DNA from: Lama glama
Lineage: Eukaryota
Reading direction: 5' to 3'
DNA length: 64,000 nt
Assembly (NCBI GenBank): GCA_028534125.1
Contig: CM052817.1
Span: forward strand, 26,848,001 to 26,912,000
In this document: piece by piece, positions 24,894 to 39,344 of the stretch
Layout of the letters: the number at the start of each line of letters is the position of its first letter
How positions within the stretch are numbered: the stretch's first letter is position 1
The notes under the pieces: model-generated
What the model was told of the DNA's origin: nothing
The model's input: only the letters and a program-made list of their open reading frames with translations
Databases searched by the model: none
Translations under genes and position numbers: made by a program

Positions 24894-27608
24894 GTGAGTA
24901 GTACCAGTTGTAAAAGATCAGCACTAAGGAAATAAGGAGAGAATTTGTGGAGTGCATCCTGCCCCCCCCCATACATGCCAGGCTTTGTTTTTAGGCTTAT
25001 GAATATCTCTGGTCAGTTGCAAATGTTAAGGCATTAGGAGAGTTCCAGCGAAACAAGCCCTTTCAGGCCGGAACTGTTTTTCACTGCAGATTCCCCGTGC
25101 CTAGCACCGTGGCTTGTCCTTAGATGGGTATAAGCACAGTCATTAAACTGAACAAGCAAACAACTCCATTAGCAGGAAGAACAAGAATCCATTCCAAATA
25201 GTTACAGTTGCCCTTTCCTTGGGTATTTCTTTCCATTCTCTGTGTTAACATTTTTGTATTTTAGTATATGAACTTTTATAAATATAAACATAAAAATCAG
25301 TAAGAGGGTGGGGGAGAGGAACAGAGATGGAAAAAGAAGAAAGGTGCATTATATTAAAAATGAGTATCAAAATTAAATCAGCCCCAATTCAGATGATCCC
25401 ACTCATGGCCATTTGCTTTAATTTTGGAAGCTTGTAAGGTTATTACTTTAAACTTTTGTAGAAGTTCCCTTCCTAATTTGCCTCCAGGGTTTGAGGTGTA
25501 ATGTTTCAGATTTCTTCAATGATGGCCAATTATCAGCTTCTGAATATGGAGTTGACTCTAGTATAGAACCAAATAATGTTACTATGAGAGCAGTTAAAGG
25601 GCCTAGAGACTGCTGGTTTTGTACTAGCTATACATTATGATAAAAACTATAAAGTTTATATTGGTTTGTATACTGACTGAGTATTGTTCCAAAAGAAGTT
25701 TCATAAGTGTTTGAAGTATTAGCAGCATGGCTGAAATGATGAGCTTCCTAAAGAGACACCTTGAAAGGGCAGCACAATTTGCATGTATTTCCTGAGTATT
25801 AGTACTTTCTGGGCCTTGTACATTCTTGCACAGAAGCAGTTAACAATTGTTTAGTTGAATTAAAATGTAACATTAATTACTTAGATATGAATGCATGTTT
25901 TTGGTTGTCTGCAGAGATGACGTAGCTCAACTCTGAAGCCAGGAATTTGTCACCATAGAGAAAAGTCGTACAATGTTAAGAGGCAACTTCCCTCTGGGTT
26001 TCATTTCTTTGTTATCTGCTTGTGATTTTTTTTTTCTTTTTAAGTCTGTCTGACCCATTTTTCCCCTTTCCAGTTTAATCATCTAGATTCTATTTCATCT
26101 CTTCCTTCAACCTCCTTTTTAAAATGGAATTTTAAAGACCAACCAAAGCGTTAAACTTTAAATCATGAGTCAAAAGAACATTTTAACATTTTCTCCTTGA
26201 AACAATGAAATGCAGCTGGGCATCTGTGTTGATTAGTTGATATTTAATGTTAATGCCAAAACTATTATAGACAGTTTTTTCCTGATAGAATATTGAATCT
26301 TACCTTTAGAAGTCAATAATTAAAGTCTGCAATTGTTCTTTCGAAAATTAGTACATTAACTAGATGGTCATGCTATAGTGGTGTGTATAGAAGATTATCT
26401 TTTTCTCTCAATCTTTCTGTTTTATGGAAGGGTCTTGACATCTTTTTAATGACACAGAAAATCCCATTTAGATAAATTACTGTCATAGGCCTTTATAAAC
26501 CTGCTTTTCCTTGAGATGTTTATTTTTATAAGTTCAGATTCTAAGATGAGATGGCTTTGGTTGTCTACTTGGTACACATATTACTTCCTTCTTAACAACA
26601 ACAATATCTTGCTTTAAATTATCGTCTGAATAATTTCTGAGTTTTCAACTGTAATAAAACCAGAATTTCTAAATGTAGTGGGTTTCCAAGATAATTAAGA
26701 GCCTGATATTTTGCTTTAAACTAATGGAGGCTCTTATGCATTTCACTTTTATCTTTTGTATTATCAATGTTCTATCAATACTTTCACATGTAATATTTTA
26801 TAAACTCCTATCTGGCTTATATAGTATAGGTTCAGGGAATCATGGTTCAGGAAAGAAAACTCAGAATTTCTTCTCTAAGGTTTTATAGGAGCAGTAAGGC
26901 TGAAAAGGTTAATGCGCAAACTGAAAAAAGCTTGGGTAATGGTCTCTTTTATTGGTGAATTTATGAACAAATAATTAGATCGTATTACTGTATCTTTTTG
27001 AGGAAGTACAAAGAGAAGGAAAAAAAGAGAAAATCTCTTAATTTTACAAATGTTAAGTGTATTTGTTTGGTTGTGTTTTATGTTTTGCAGTTTTATTTGC
27101 TCCTTTGTTGATGTACTTTGTGTATGAGGGCTTTCGAAGCAGAGAGTATGTTTATCTGATTAACCTTTTAAAGGTTTAAAGGGCTCAGTGTAATGTTTTT
27201 TTTGAAATGGCAACCACTAGTCCCACTTTACTAAATAACCGAAAGGTCAGTTTTCTGTTAAGGAAGGTAATGAAGAGCAACCTATTTCTATTAGTTCGAC
27301 TTCTGTCAGAGAAGTAGAGTACTAGCAACTGATTTATATTTTCAAAGAATCTCTGGATGGCTAAAACAGTAAAAACTGGTGAAATGTTTTCTTAAAAAAT
27401 AAACTCAACAACACATTAAGAAAAAAATTGAGGAAATTTATGTTCCTGAAATTGTTGATCTTATTTCTGGCTTAATTCTTTCTCCAACCACTAGATGTTA
27501 ACAGTAATTGATGAAATCTCCTGGTCATTTCATAATCGTGTAGCCTGTCAGTGAAAAACCTAGTAAATGCTTAATTATGATCTGGTTATGGCTTTGGGAA
27601 TTAGTCAT

Positions 27609-28136
27609 TGTAGTCAGGGGTCCCCAAGACCACCCTTAGGTTCAGTGATTCACTAGGAGAATTCGTAGAACTCAGCAAAGCTGTTATACTCATGGTTACA
27701 GTTTATTGCAATGAATGGATAAAGATTAAGATAAGCACCCACAAAAAGGTGCATAGGTCCAGGAAAGAACAAGTACAAGCTTCCTGTTGCTCTTTCCCAA
27801 TGGAGGCTATGGACAGTGCTTATTTTTCCCAGGGACAATGTGTGACAACATGAATGAAATACTGCCAACTTGAAAAGCTTACCCAGGCCTTGTCCAGGAT
27901 TTTTATTGGGGGTTAGTCATGTAGGCAAGGAGCACCCTCATGGATGACCTTACTCAATCTAGAAGTCAAGCTTATATTGTGTGGCCCAAGGCCCCAGGTA
28001 AACAAAGGTAGTTTGATCAGCAAGGTATTCCAAGGGCTTAGAAGTTCTCTCCCAGCAGCCTGTCAAGGGCCAAACATTTCTTTGCAATGGGCAGGGTTTG
28101 GCTACCAGGCCTGCTTAGTTAATCCTTGATTCCACA
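27609..28136 (-). mobile_element. MER21-like solo LTR in NSUN7 intron
   Basis: TG...CA ends; ggggtccccaagaccaccc...gaactcagcaaagctgttatactcatggttac; flanks GTCAT/GTGAT look like a near-perfect 5-bp TSD. Confidence 0.75.
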
Positions 28137-28662
28137 GTGATTCATCAGGAAAATGATCCAAATAAATAACCTCTTAAGCTCTAGCTATCACCTAGGTGGT
28201 TAAAGCAATTCTCTTGAATGAGAGTAATACCTTATATTTGCACAGCTCTTTGTAATTCACAAAACTATTTATGTCATTTGATACACAAGTCCTTTAGATG
28301 GAAGATTCTCATTTTGCAGAAGGAAAAGTTGAGAGAAGCTCAAGAAGAGATTATATGAGGTACCTGTGGAACCAAGCAGGAAGAAGGATAAAAAGTATTT
28401 CATCTAGTTGAAAGTGTGGTAGAATAGCAACCCTAATTCTAGTTTTTTTGTGGTTCCACATTGTTTTTTTTTTTTTTCCACATTGTTTTGGTAATGCCTG
28501 GTTCTCTGCCCTGTTATCTACTTCTCACAAATATTCTTTCAAAAATGTTGGTGCCATTCTTACTAGTTTCCCTGGAAAGACTTAAAATAATGTTGTCAAG
28601 TTTCCCTCTTGCCACAGATTAAAAAAACATCATGTACCTATATTTATAAGAGGGCCTTGGCA

Positions 28663-31320
28663 TTTTTTTTTAATTGAAGTATAGTTGATTTACAATATTG
28701 TATTAGTTTCAAGTGTTTAGCAAAGTGATTCAGTTATTTTTTTGGATTACATTCCATAATAGGTTATGACAATATATTGAATATAATTCCTGTGCTATGC
28801 AGTAAATCCTTGTTGCTTATCTGTTTCATATGTGGAAGTTTGTATCTGTTAATCCCGTATTCCTGATTTGCCTCTCTCTTCTTCCCTTTGATAACCATAA
28901 GTTTGTTTTCTATGTCTGTGAGTCTGTTTCTGTTTTGTATATAGATTCATTTGTATTATTTTTTTAGAGTCCATATATAAGTGATATCATATAGTATTTG
29001 TCTGTCTTCATGTAGTTTCACTAAATATAATATTCTCTGTGTCCATCCATGTTGCTGCAAATGGCAGTATTTCATTCTTTTTTATGGCTGAGTAATATTT
29101 CATTGTGTGTATATGTGTATATATATATTTAAAATATCTTCTTAAGTCAGTTGTCTGTTGATGGGCACTTGGGTTGCTTCCATGTCTTGGCTATAAATAG
29201 TGCTTCTGTGACACTGGAGTGCATGTATCTTTCAAATGAGAGTTTCTGTGTTTTCCGGATATACACCCAGGAGTAGGATTGCTGGATCATATGGTAAGTC
29301 TGTTTTTGTTTTTTTAAGGAATTTCCAACTGTTTTCCATAGTGGCTATACCAATTTACATTCCCACCAACAGTGTAGGAGGATTCCCTTTTCTCCACACC
29401 CTCTCCAGTCCTTATCATTTGTGGACTTTTTGAGGACAGCCATTCTGACTGGTGTGAGGTGATACCTCATTGTGGTTTCAATTTGCGTTTGTCTAATAAT
29501 TAACAATGTTGAGCATCTTTTTGTGTACCTGTTGGCTATTTATATGTCTTCTTTGGAGAAATGTGTATTTAGATCTTATGCCCTTTTTTGGGTTAGGTTT
29601 TTTTTTTTGATATTGAGTTGTATAAACTGTTTGTATAATTTAGATATTAATCCCTTGTCTGTTGCATCATTTGCAAATGTTTTCTCCCATTCCATAGATT
29701 GTCTTTTTGTTTTGCTGATGGTTTCCTTTGCTGTGCAAAACCTTTTAATAAATTTGGTTAGGTCTCATTTCTTTATTTTTGCTTTTATTTCTTTTGCCTT
29801 GGGAGACTGATCTAAGAAAATAACACTACGATTTATGTCTAAGAATATTTTGCCTGTGTTCTCTTCTAGGAGTTTTATGGTGTCATGTCTTATAGTTAGG
29901 TTTTTAATCCATTTTGAGTTTGTTTTTGTAAACAGTGCTAGGGAATATTCTAATTTCATTCTTTTACATGTAGCTGTCCAGTTTTCCCAGTTATTGAAGA
30001 GACTGTCCTTTCTCCATTGTATAGTCTTGCTTCCTTTGTCATAGATTAATTGACCATATTTGCTTGGGTTTATTAATGGGCTTTCTATTCTGTTCTGTTG
30101 ATTTATATATCTGTTTTTGTGCCAATACCACACTGTTTTGATTACTGTAATTTTACAGTATAGTCTGAAGTCTAGAAGGGTTATGCTTTCAGCTTTGTTC
30201 TTTTTCCTTAGGATTGCTTTAGCAATTTTGGCTCCTTTGTGGCTCCATGTAAACTTCAGGATTATTTGTTCTAGTTTTGTGAAAAATATCATGGATATTT
30301 TGGTAGGGATTGCTTTAAATCCATAGATTGCTTTGTGTAGTATGGCCGTTTTTATAGTATTAATTCTTCCAATCCAGGATTCCATATTTTTGAATCATCT
30401 TCAGTTTCCTGTATCAATGTTTTATAGTTTTCATTATATAGATTTTTCACCTCCTTGATTAAATGTATTCCTAGGTATTTTATTTTTTGATGAAATTTTA
30501 AACAGGATTGCTTTTTTATTTTTCCCTTTCTGATATTTCATTGCTAGTATAAAGTAATGCAACAGATTTTTGTTTATTAATCTTGTATCTTACTACCTTG
30601 CTGAATTCATTTGTTAATTCTAATAGTTCTTGTGTGAAGACTTTAGGGCTCTATATAGCATATCATGTCATCTGCAAATATGACAATTTTACCTCTTTTC
30701 CTCCAGTTTGGATACCTTTTATTTCTTTTTCTCGTCTGATTGTTGTGACTAGGACTTCCAATATTCTGTTGAATCGAAGTGGTGAGAGTGAGTATCCTTG
30801 TCATGTTCCTGAATTTAAGTGAGAGGGATTTCTGCCTTTCACCATTGAATATTATGTTGGCTGTGGGTTTGTCATAAATAGCTTTTATTATGTTGGTATA
30901 TGTTCTGTCTATACCTACTTTGGTGAGAGTTTTTTTGTAAATGTTGAATTTTGTCAAATGCTTTTTCTCCATCTATTGAGATGATCATGTGTTTTTTGGC
31001 CTTTTGTTGATGCGGCGTATCACACTGATTTGTATATGTTGAACCGTCCTTGCAACCCTGGAAATGAATTCAACTTGATCATTCTGTATGATCTTTTTAT
31101 GTATTGTTGGATTTGTTCTGCTGGTATTTTGTTAAGGATTTTTGCATCTGTATTTATCAAAGGTATTGGCCTGTAATTTTCCTTTTTGGTAATGTCTTTG
31201 TTTTTGGTATCAGGGTGAGGGTGGCTTCAGAGAATGAATTTGGGAGTGTTTTCTCCTCTTCAATTTTTTGGAATAGTTTGAGAAGGATAGGTATAACTTT
31301 TTCTCTGTATGTTTGGTGGT
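28663..31320 (-). mobile_element. 5'-truncated, relatively young L1 (ORF2 RT to 3' poly(A))
   Basis: Minus ORFs 29765-30385, 30643-30972 and 31157-31414 are ORF2 pieces ([41 protein letters not shown]); poly(T) at the left end. Confidence 0.95.
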
Positions 31321-31409
31321 TTAAGTATTTTATGCTATTGTCTGAAGTGTATTTTGATTCCATTTCAGCTTTGATATTTTCAGTAACAGACATTTTCCTT
31401 GTCTTACAG

Positions 31410-31468
31410 ATCAAGATATTTTAGAAAGTATATTAATAGACAGCTATATCTTCCCAAGTACCACAATA
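31410..31468 (+). CDS. NSUN7: NSUN7 coding exon 2 ([20 protein letters not shown])
   Basis: cttacag| ... |gtaagt; 59 nt; phase continues from previous exon. Confidence 0.95.
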
Positions 31469-31848
31469 GTAAGTAAACAACTTTCATATAATTAGCTGTC
31501 TCATGGTTGTTATTTAGAAAGTATTAAAAAGCCTTCAGATTTAAATAACTAGTTTGCTTAATGCTGAGACCTCTTCAAAATAAATCCTTAACTTTTTCCT
31601 ACTCTGCGGTTTCTAACATAGAACCTACTCCTTTCATTTTGAAAAACATGCCCCCAATTATTTTTTTTGAAAGGTTTATTTTTTTCACTAAATTTTTTTC
31701 TATTTTGAAGTCCTTTTCTGTCTCCCATTTCAAATAGGCATGTAAAAATAGTCATATTCCTGCTCTCTTATGAAAAATAATGGAATGGAAAATATTGCTA
31801 TTAGATATTGTTTGTATACCTTTCTTTATTTGTGTTTCCCTTTGGTAG

Positions 31849-31979
31849 CCAGATCATTTGAACAGTCTTATTGTTGTGATGCTGTATGATTTCCAAGATA
31901 GAAAATTTCAAGGTCGTCTCCTTTCTGATAATGAAGAGTCCATAGCGGAAGTTCTAGAAGTAGAGAACCTTCTTAACAG
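31849..31979 (+). CDS. NSUN7: NSUN7 coding exon 3 (PDHLNSLIVVMLYDFQDRKF...ENLLN)
   Basis: ttggtag| ... |gtaatg; 131 nt; in frame. Confidence 0.95.
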
Positions 31980-34900
31980 GTAATGGTAAAGGTGAAAAGG
32001 ATGTTTTCTGTGCAATTGTTATTGGTATTTTTATTGATGAATTTGTATGCAATATAATGTGTAGATAAGTTAAAATTTTATAAAAGCTTGTAAGTTTCTT
32101 GAGTGCCTTCACAAATAGTCTTGAACAGGCTAAACATTCTGCTTAAAATCAAGTTGTTTTTGAAAGCTTGAATTGCAAGATCCAACTTGTAAGTATTTGG
32201 AAAATCTTGAAAAATTCTCAATAATATTTATTACATATATAAATTACACTTTACTTGAAACAGCCAGGAAAGCCACAGGGCTTTAACCAAGTAAAAAAGA
32301 CCAGTCTGTGGTTTCATCAACAGCAGATTTTTAGCTGAGAATGCTAGCAAGGTGGGTAGGAAATATGACAAGTAAAGGCCATGGCTCAGGAGGCCAGAGG
32401 AACCAGAAGATGTTACTGCCTAAGGTTCCTGATTCCCCAGATTTTTCCCTTTCCCCGTGATAGACACCATGTCACCGCCTACACATAGCTGGTTACAATT
32501 TTTGTCAATGCAATAGTTTTTCCTCTACCCAAACCAATAGAGGTTCATATAATGTAGATCTTATTCCCATATTAATGAGTTGTGTTATATCCAATTCATA
32601 CTATACTCAATTCATAATATGCTATATGAAAAATGTGTGTGTTTAGTGATTGAATTGCAGAGAATAGTAGCACAGTATACTTATATAAAGATGACACTGA
32701 GAAAATCCATGTTTAAGAAATAATGCTGAGAAAATACATGTTTAAAGATAACACCAGAGGGTTTTAATCAAGAGTCTTAGCTTTCAAATAGCAGAAGCTA
32801 TCTTCAGTTAGCCTGAGCGAAAATGGAAAATGTCCCTGTAAAGATACTGGGATGTCTCATGCAACATAAAGACTCCAGAAGAGGATGAAATCAGGAAATG
32901 GAAAATGTCAGGACTATCTCTGCTTCTTTGTTTATCTTTTTCATTCTGCTTCTTTCTTAGTATCTGCTTCATTCTCTTTTTCTCTGCAGATCTGCCTTCT
33001 CTGCTTTTCTAGTCTGCATGGAGAAAGCCCTACTGTTGTACTCCATTTCCTGAGCTTACTTGTTAAAATTGTATGTTAGTTCCATCACTTAGACTAACTT
33101 ATTTTGTTATCTCTGTACCGCAGTTCTAACCCCCTGGGAATTTGATTGACTCCATTATGGATCAGGTACCTTCTCTTGGGCCAATCTCCTGTAGCCAATA
33201 GAGTGGAATTTTGAACTCAGAATGTTGGAAGCCAACCTCTGTAGATGTTCTGGGGCTTGGGACTGGGCACTGTTGTCTCCAGGGAAGTAGAGTCATTGTA
33301 AGCTTGAAGTATACTTTATTATGTTTCTCTAAGGGGATAAAGGGGATAAAGACTAATTTTAAGAGGTAATAGAAGAAGTAATTATTTAGCAAGAAATTGA
33401 GTGAGAATGATTTTCTCCTAATGAAAATTGTATTTGATCTTTGTTGTTGTTGTCTCTACCAGAGTTCCTTGTGTTTTCTCACTCTATACACCAGCTGGTA
33501 TCTTCTCCATTTGTTCATGACTTCAACGATGTAACCCAAGATGACACTTATTATCATTTTGACATATGCAAGGTTTTTAAGAACTCAATACTTTATGACT
33601 AGGTTAAATAAAAGGACTCCATAGCTCTTCCTTTCTCACTCCCCATGCCTCACACTAGCCCAAGAATCTGATTCTGCTGAACAGTTTGTTGGGCTTTGGT
33701 AAGGCAAAATAGCGAATGGGCAGTGAAAGACTAGAGAGGAAGCAAGACAGGAAAAACTTGGTAGTCCATCCTCCCAAACCATCCAAAACTATTCACCCTA
33801 AAGTCTTCCACATTATAATTAAGGCACCACCTGCTACCTAGGTATCATTTTTGATTCTTCTTTCCTAGCCTCCCCGGTCCCCATACCGTACCTAATACAT
33901 CAAGTCCTGTAACTCCAATTGGAAAACATGCTGAATGTGTCTATTTGTTTCCATTCCCACTACTACTGTGCAAATCCAAGCCACTGTAATCTGTCACTTG
34001 GACCACTGCTATAGCTTCCTCATTGATTTCCCTGCCTATTACTCTTACTTTCCCACATGTGTTCCACATGGCAGATAGAGTGATATTTTTAAAATGTAAT
34101 TATATGGTCATGAGAGAGTATCTTGGATCAGACTTATCTTCTTTCTGTAAACAATCAGAAAACTGGACGAAATATATTAGGCAAAAATTTTGGACATTAG
34201 GCGAGAAGCAGCACTGAAACTTGATCCTTGAGAGAATGAAAACAAATGAGGTGAGCCCTGGAATAGTTCTGCTTTACACCTAGAGATAATTTCCAACTGC
34301 AGTGCAGGAAGAGGAAAATTGTAGTCTTGCTAAGTTAAGAAAACAGAGATCAGAGTTTTGGAATAATCCTCTGAAATGATCATTTTTTTCTTCTTTATTC
34401 TAATAATGTGGTAAGGTAGTTTACATTGAATGACTTATGAATGTTAAACTAACCATGGATTTTGGGGATAAATCCTTTTTGCTTGGATATATCCTTTTTC
34501 TTGTCTTTCCCAAATCTCTCATTCCCCGTAATTAAAGTTAGGGACACTTCCCAAGGAAGTTAGATAAACAGAGGGAGGAAAAGGAACATTTTTCAGAAGA
34601 GGGGGAGTCTATTCCCAGAAAGGAAATGATGCTTAGAATATAAACCGGTAGGTTTCTACTATAACTGGAAACATTGAGAATAATGTGTTTTTTTGCCATT
34701 ATTTATAGATAGAAAGTTTCTTGGGACATTTGCAGGATATTATCTTCCTTTAGAAACAGCATATACATTACTACTGGCAGGCAGGAGCTGCACCTGGGGC
34801 ACTAACAAGCCCGGGTGACCTGGTCTAATCAGGGATTGATGATTGGAAGCTGGGCTTCAGTCCTCACAAAGACCCGTTTGCTTTTTACTTTACTTGGGTT

Positions 34901-36972
34901 GTCTTTTGGTTACCCAGTCCAAAGCCTGGGAACTTTATCGGAGCCCCCCTGCCATAAATTTGGCATGCCCCAGATTTCCTTTTTTGTTCCCCTTGTCTCA
35001 TAAATTGTTGTGAGCTCTGCATACTTCTCAGCTTCTCAGACACATATTTCAGAATTGGCAGATACTTTCATATATGATTCTCCTTCTACTTGGAATGCTG
35101 GACAGCTCTTCTTACATCTTTCCCTTACTCCTGGCTAACTCCCGTCTCTACCTTTATGGCTTGGCTTAAATGTAACTCCTGGGAAACTTACCTTAATTCC
35201 CATAGCAGTGCCCCTCCCTTGTGCCAACATAGCATTTTACCTTCCCTTGTCATTAGTACTTAGGACATTTTAAAATAATTGGTTTGTCTCCTCCTACCAG
35301 ACTTTATACTTTTTGATGTCCAGAACAGCATCTAACTTGCTAACCTCTTTGTTTCTGGAACCTAAAACAGTGCCTGGAATATAGGAAGAATGCAAATATT
35401 TGTTCATATATTAATTAATATTTCTCTATCCTTGAACAATCTTCCATTTCCTGCAGAAAAAAAATCTCACTTCCTATGCATGATATATAAATGATATATA
35501 AATAGAGATATTTTGTGATTTGAGCCCTGGACTTCTTACCACCCTGTGCTCTGTAAATATGCTTTGCTGTTTAACGTCTCCATTTATAGTGCTCTGTCCT
35601 CTATCTGTCTTCTCTCCTCTTGTGGTCTAGAAAATTCTTGTTCCTCTTTTAATAGTTCATGTTTCTCCTTCTCTCAGAAGTTCCTTTGGGTTGAATCTTC
35701 TTCTTCCAATATATTTACTCTCTTCTTTATGTATCTTATAACATTCATCATGTTGAGCTATAATTGTTTGTTTATATGTCTGTTTTATGACCAAATTATA
35801 AATTACTTAAGGGAAGAAGCTATCTTTTAATCTTTATAGCCCAGGTCTTATCACAGTACTTGGTTAGTAGGAAAAGAATAAGCATATTAATCATTACCAT
35901 TTCTTGTATAGCTTAACTTTGAATACATTTTCAAAAATATCTTCAGTCTTTCTGTAAATTAGGTACTAATTCCTGGTTCCTACAGCTTAGAGGAACTAAA
36001 TAACTTGTCTAAAGTTACATAGCTACTAATTAGTGGAATCAGAATTTGAACCCAGGTAATCTGATTGCAGAATTCAAACCATACTGGCTGGAGAGACAGA
36101 GGAAAACTAAAGTACAGAGAGAGGAGAGTGGATGTGGCATGTTAGCAGGAGTGGCAAATAGCTCAGTGTGTGATTAGAGATAGATTTATGGGTGAGAGTG
36201 ATGGGGGATCTGAGGAAGGGAGAGTTGGTTCAGGTTAAATTATCAATATCCTTGTGTATCATGATAAAGATTTTAGATTCTGGCCTGTAGCTAATGGGTT
36301 CATTTAAGATTTAAGCTTAGGAGTCGTATAACTACAATTAAACATATAGAAAGAAAGCTCTGGCTGTATGGTTGAAAGAGATAATTAAGCAACTCTGTGT
36401 CATAACATTCACATGGTAGCAGGAGATGGACTTCTTGATCAAGGATGTTGGGAAAGGCTATTTTTGCTTCATTTTCATCATTGCAGTCTATCTTACAGCT
36501 ATGGAAGAAGTTCTTTTAGTAATCATAGGGTATTTAATTTACAGAAGTAAAGTGTCTTGTTATCCTAATTGCATTTGGATTTGGTCTTTCTCCTCAATCT
36601 GATATTGTATGTTTACATAAAAATCTTTATAACTCTCTATATACTTTACATTACTTTTTGTATGATTAAATTATATTAAAATCTATAGTCCAAAATGTTT
36701 GTAATCTGGGATTTAGAAAATTATTTCTCCCTGTACTCCTTGCCTATACACAACATAAATATTTTCTGGCTTTATAACTCATTTAATGATTCAATAATTC
36801 AATCAATAGCATTTGTTATGGTAAATTCAAACTATGTAGGTATTTGAAAGAACTGATTAATCAAAAATAGTCTGTTCTCAGAAACATCTCAGTGTGTAAT
36901 ATAGAAAAGTAACTCACCCACTTTCTATTAGTTATTCTTTGATGTGCATTAATGTATTATATAATTAATTTT

Positions 36973-37472
36973 NNNNNNNNNNNNNNNNNNNNNNNNNNNN
37001 NNNNNNNNNNNNNNNNNNNNNNNNNNNNNNNNNNNNNNNNNNNNNNNNNNNNNNNNNNNNNNNNNNNNNNNNNNNNNNNNNNNNNNNNNNNNNNNNNNNN
37101 NNNNNNNNNNNNNNNNNNNNNNNNNNNNNNNNNNNNNNNNNNNNNNNNNNNNNNNNNNNNNNNNNNNNNNNNNNNNNNNNNNNNNNNNNNNNNNNNNNNN
37201 NNNNNNNNNNNNNNNNNNNNNNNNNNNNNNNNNNNNNNNNNNNNNNNNNNNNNNNNNNNNNNNNNNNNNNNNNNNNNNNNNNNNNNNNNNNNNNNNNNNN
37301 NNNNNNNNNNNNNNNNNNNNNNNNNNNNNNNNNNNNNNNNNNNNNNNNNNNNNNNNNNNNNNNNNNNNNNNNNNNNNNNNNNNNNNNNNNNNNNNNNNNN
37401 NNNNNNNNNNNNNNNNNNNNNNNNNNNNNNNNNNNNNNNNNNNNNNNNNNNNNNNNNNNNNNNNNNNNNNNN
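36973..37472. other. Assembly gap (500 N)
   Basis: Run of N, adjacent to an L1 3' end. Confidence 1.
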
Positions 37473-38301
37473 TGCATGTATCTTTTTGAATGAGTGTTTT
37501 TTTTGTTTTTGTTTTTAATGTACCCAGGAGTGTAATCCCTGGATCACATGGTGGTTCCATTTTTAGTTTCTTGAGGAATCTCCATACTGTTTTCCACAGG
37601 GGCTGCACCAATTTACATTCTCACCAACAGTGTAGGGGGCTCCCTTTCCTCCATATCCTTGCCAACATTTATTATTTGTATTCTTTTTGATGATAGCCAT
37701 TTGACAGATGTGAGGTAATATCTCATTGTGGTTTTGATTTGTGTTTCCCTGATGATTAGCGATGTTGAGCATCTTTTCATGAACCTGATGACCATCTGTT
37801 TGTCCTCTTTGGAGAAATGTCTATTCAATTCCTCTGCCCATTTTTTAATCAAGTTGTTTGTTTTTTTGATGTTGAGTTGTATGAGCTGTTTATATATTTT
37901 GGATATTAACCCCTGACAAAGGAGGCAAGAATATACATGGAGAAAAGACAGTCTCTTCAATAAGTGGTTCTGGGAGAACTGGACAGCTGCATGTAAAAGA
38001 ATGAAATTAGAACATTCTGTAACATCATATACAAAAATAAACTCGAAATGGATTAAAGACCTAAATGTAAGACCGGAAACCATAAAACTCCTAGAAGAAA
38101 ACATAGGCAGAACACTCTTTGACATAAATTATAGCAATATTTTTTTGGATATGTCTCCTAAAGCAAAGGAAACAAAAGCAAAAATAAATGGGACCTAATT
38201 AAACTTAAAAAGCTTTTGCACAGCAAAGGAAACCATTAATAAAACAAAAAGACAGTCCTCCACTGGATGGGAGAAAATATTTGCAAATGATCTGACTGAT
38301 A
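37473..38301 (-). mobile_element. L1 with 5' inversion
   Basis: Antisense L1 at 37473-37914, then sense L1 ORF2 at 37914-38301. Confidence 0.9.
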
Positions 38302-39344
38302 TATAGTTGTTTTTAATGTAGCTCTGTGACATTAGGACATAGCACTACACAAATCTAATTCTATTATAGCCCTAGAAGGCTTAATGTTTGGTGACTCTTC
38401 CCTCTCTTTCCCAGGTGCCCCCGTGTTCTCATCCTCCCTCTCCCTCACCTTTACCCCATCCCCATCCCTATCTCTGTCTATCTATTTTATTAAGCTTTCT
38501 GCAGCCACACACACCACTCTCCAGGTACTTGACTTTTTTTGTGGCATCTTTTCGTCATTTCTCATTCAAGGTTATCCTTGAGGTTTATTATTCAGTTAAA
38601 TTCCTATTATGAAAATGCTGTGAATATGGATCAAGACTAAGTTCTGTATTCTCATTTATTAAAAATTTAGGTTATGAGATAAAAAAATCATTGAGTCTTC
38701 ATATTATGCTAACCAGTTCTTGTTTTTCTTTTCTGTTATTTGGGACTTTGAGACATGGAATAATCAGAACTGGGAAGGACTTGATACAGATTCTTAAAAG
38801 TTCCTTAATCTTATCTAGACTGTACTGTTGCCACCTCTGATAATAATAACTGGCCTATATTGAGTGCCTGCCATGTGCCAGGCACTGTGCTAAGTATTTT
38901 ACACACGTGGTAATCACCACATTAATAGCAAGGTACATCGATCACCTTACAAATGAGAAAACTGAGGCTGATGAGAGATTCAGTACCATACCTGAGGTCA
39001 CACAGCTAGTAAGTGACAGAGCCTGAATTTCACTCAAAATTTGTCTGACTCGAAATCCTACACCTCTTTCACTGCATAAAATTTTTTCTCAACCAGCAAT
39101 TGCTATAAATATCTGAGGAGATATACAACTATACAGTGGTAGCAAAAACTGGAAAAAAGAAACAGGATTATTGGATTTCTATTTTTAAATATGGCAAATT
39201 TTTATTTTAGACTTGAAAATTTTGAAATAGAATTATAGAAGTATTTGTTAAAATTCTAAATCTAATTTGTTAATGTTTCTAGTGGAAAATTGATAGTCTT
39301 TTCTTCAATGCAGTAGTCACCAAGAATGGCTTTTCTATCTCTAG

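Noticed and set aside
29765..31414. Reverse-transcriptase-like ORFs as a novel RT system
   Set aside because: Ordinary frameshifted L1 ORF2 fragments, 5'-truncated and non-functional.
32690..32750. Short direct repeats (also at ~4500-4523 and ~35480-35502) as an array
   Set aside because: Only two copies each; local tandem duplications with no repeat-spacer structure.
36949..37611. ORFs of 170-220 aa in the track
   Set aside because: Artefacts of translating through the 500-N gap.
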